A DNA stretch of 63,846 bases, counting the filler, from Octopus bimaculoides (lineage: Eukaryota): the NCBI RefSeq assembly GCF_001194135.2. It is 5 parts of 5 records of this genome, joined end to end, with 100 filler letters (N's around TTAATTAATTAA, not from the genome) between each part and the next. Parts side by side here need not be neighbours in the genome. Positions count along the whole stretch, not along the records: positions 62,762 to 63,846 come from NC_069007.1; 4 more parts are not named here. One strand, given 5' to 3'. A program made the position numbers and the translations under genes. This document shows positions 62,770 to 63,846 of the stretch, piece by piece; position 1 is the first letter of the stretch, and the number at the start of each line of letters is the position of its first letter. The notes below the pieces were generated by a model. That model was not told the origin of the DNA. It worked only from the letters and a program-made list of their open reading frames with translations, and did no database searches.

Positions 62770-63130
62770 ATATATATATCATCATCATGATCATCATCAT
62801 TATCATCATCATTGTTGTTTAATGTCTGCTTTCCATGCTGGCATGGGTTGGATGATTTGACTGAGGGCTGGCAAGCCAGAAGTCTGCACCAGGGTCCAAT
62901 GCAATCTGGCAAAGTTTCTACAGCTGGATGCCCTTCCTAATGCCAACCGCTCTGAGAATGTTGTGGGTGTTTTTTATGTGCCACTGGTACAAGGGCCAGT
63001 CAGACAGCACTGGCGTCAACCACTCTCAAACGGTGCTTTTTACGTGCCACCGGCACAGGAGCCAGTCAGGTGGCACTGGCAATGATCATGCTTGAATGGT
63101 GCTTTTTGCGTGCCACAGGCACAGGACCAG
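62770..63130 (-). mobile_element. SINE-like element 3' part with ~66-bp internal tandem units
   Basis: The rc contains ggttggcattaggaagggcatccagctgtagaaac and ends in a (GAT)n tail. ggtgctttttacgtgccaccggcacagga recurs about 2.5 times. Confidence 0.65.
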
Positions 63131-63222
63131 TGTATGTGTGTGTGTGTGTGTGTGTATTATATGTATATGTATGTGTATTATATGCATTTTATATATATAT
63201 ATATGTGTGTATATATGTTATA

Positions 63223-63525
63223 TGTTGTTTGTTCCTTCTCGAGCTATGCCTGGCTCATAAGGGCCTTTCTCAGTTTCATTGGCGTATAGGTTCCCTACCT
63301 GGACAGAATGCCGGTCCATTGCAGGTGAGCTACTAGATGCAGGAGGAAAGAGTGAGAGAAAGTTGTAGCGAAAGTGTCAGCAGAAGTTCGCCATTACCTT
63401 CTGCTGAATCCCCATGGAGCTTAGGTGTTTTGCTCCTAAACACACACATCGCCTGGTCTGAGATTCAAACCCACGATTCCTTGACCACGAGTTCACTACC
63501 CTAACTACTAGGCCATGTGCCTCCA
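63223..63525 (-). mobile_element. SINE family C variant with a different 3' tail
   Basis: The rc head tggaggcacatggcctagtagttaggg... and central gtgttt..gagcaaaacacctaagctcca..ggcgaacttctgctg..caactttctctcactctt match family C. The last ~110 bp do not. Confidence 0.8.
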
Positions 63526-63570
63526 TGTGTATATATATGTATATATATATACATACATATATATATATGA

Positions 63571-63846
63571 GACCCCCTTTGGTCATGCCTGACCATGGGA
63601 TTGCACCTAGAAAGTTACCCTCCCAGGCACAAGTCCGGGCAAGGTTGTTTATAGAAGACCACCAGTCGCCCATGCATACTAGCCTCCCCTCTCCACGCCA
63701 CCAGTGTTATCCATTGGAAAGGCAAAGGGGCCGATACAGCTTGGCACCTGTGACGTCGCAATTCATTTCTACAGCTCAGTGAACTGGAGCAACGTGAAAT
63801 AACGTGTCTTGCTCAAGAATACAACACGCAGCCCGGTCCGGGATTC
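63571..63846 (-). mobile_element. SINE family D-type element (head runs off the window end)
   Basis: The rc reads ...gcgtgttgtattcttgagcaagacacgttatttcacgttgctccagttcactgag..., with a tail ending gcatgaccaaagggggtctc. Confidence 0.7.

Noticed and set aside
869-63782. Long ORFs in the track rich in X, YI, HT, CV, poly-M/I/S/D
   Set aside because: They are translations of N gaps or di-, tri- and tetranucleotide microsatellites, not real proteins.

Overview
This is AT-rich, microsatellite-dense eukaryotic DNA from a gapped short-read assembly. It is most likely an octopus genome (inferred from SINE families I recognise from memory, TTAGGG repeats and the repeat landscape). No intact host gene, rRNA, tRNA or CRISPR array is supportable. 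The window is intronic or intergenic and packed with decayed transposable elements: two R4/Dong-like LINE fragments, two L1/Tx1 fragments, five Penelope-like (PLE) fragments, a Helitron Rep-helicase fragment, a near full-length hAT, five Tc1/mariner remnants, several MITEs and about 30 tRNA-derived SINE copies. Almost all ORFs in the track are translated microsatellites or run through N gaps. The best second-look items are: (1) a minimal type I hammerhead ribozyme motif in the 3' region of a PLE (52326-52381, minus strand); (2) a 177-bp foldback element with a central (TAACCC)5-TA-(GGGTTA)n telomeric palindrome, nested in (3) a GG-ended, 8-bp-TSD non-autonomous transposon family whose two copies carry different interiors; (4) SINEs that share a head and central domain but have different tails, and a SINE with a built-in variable microsatellite; (5) two weak candidate host exons.
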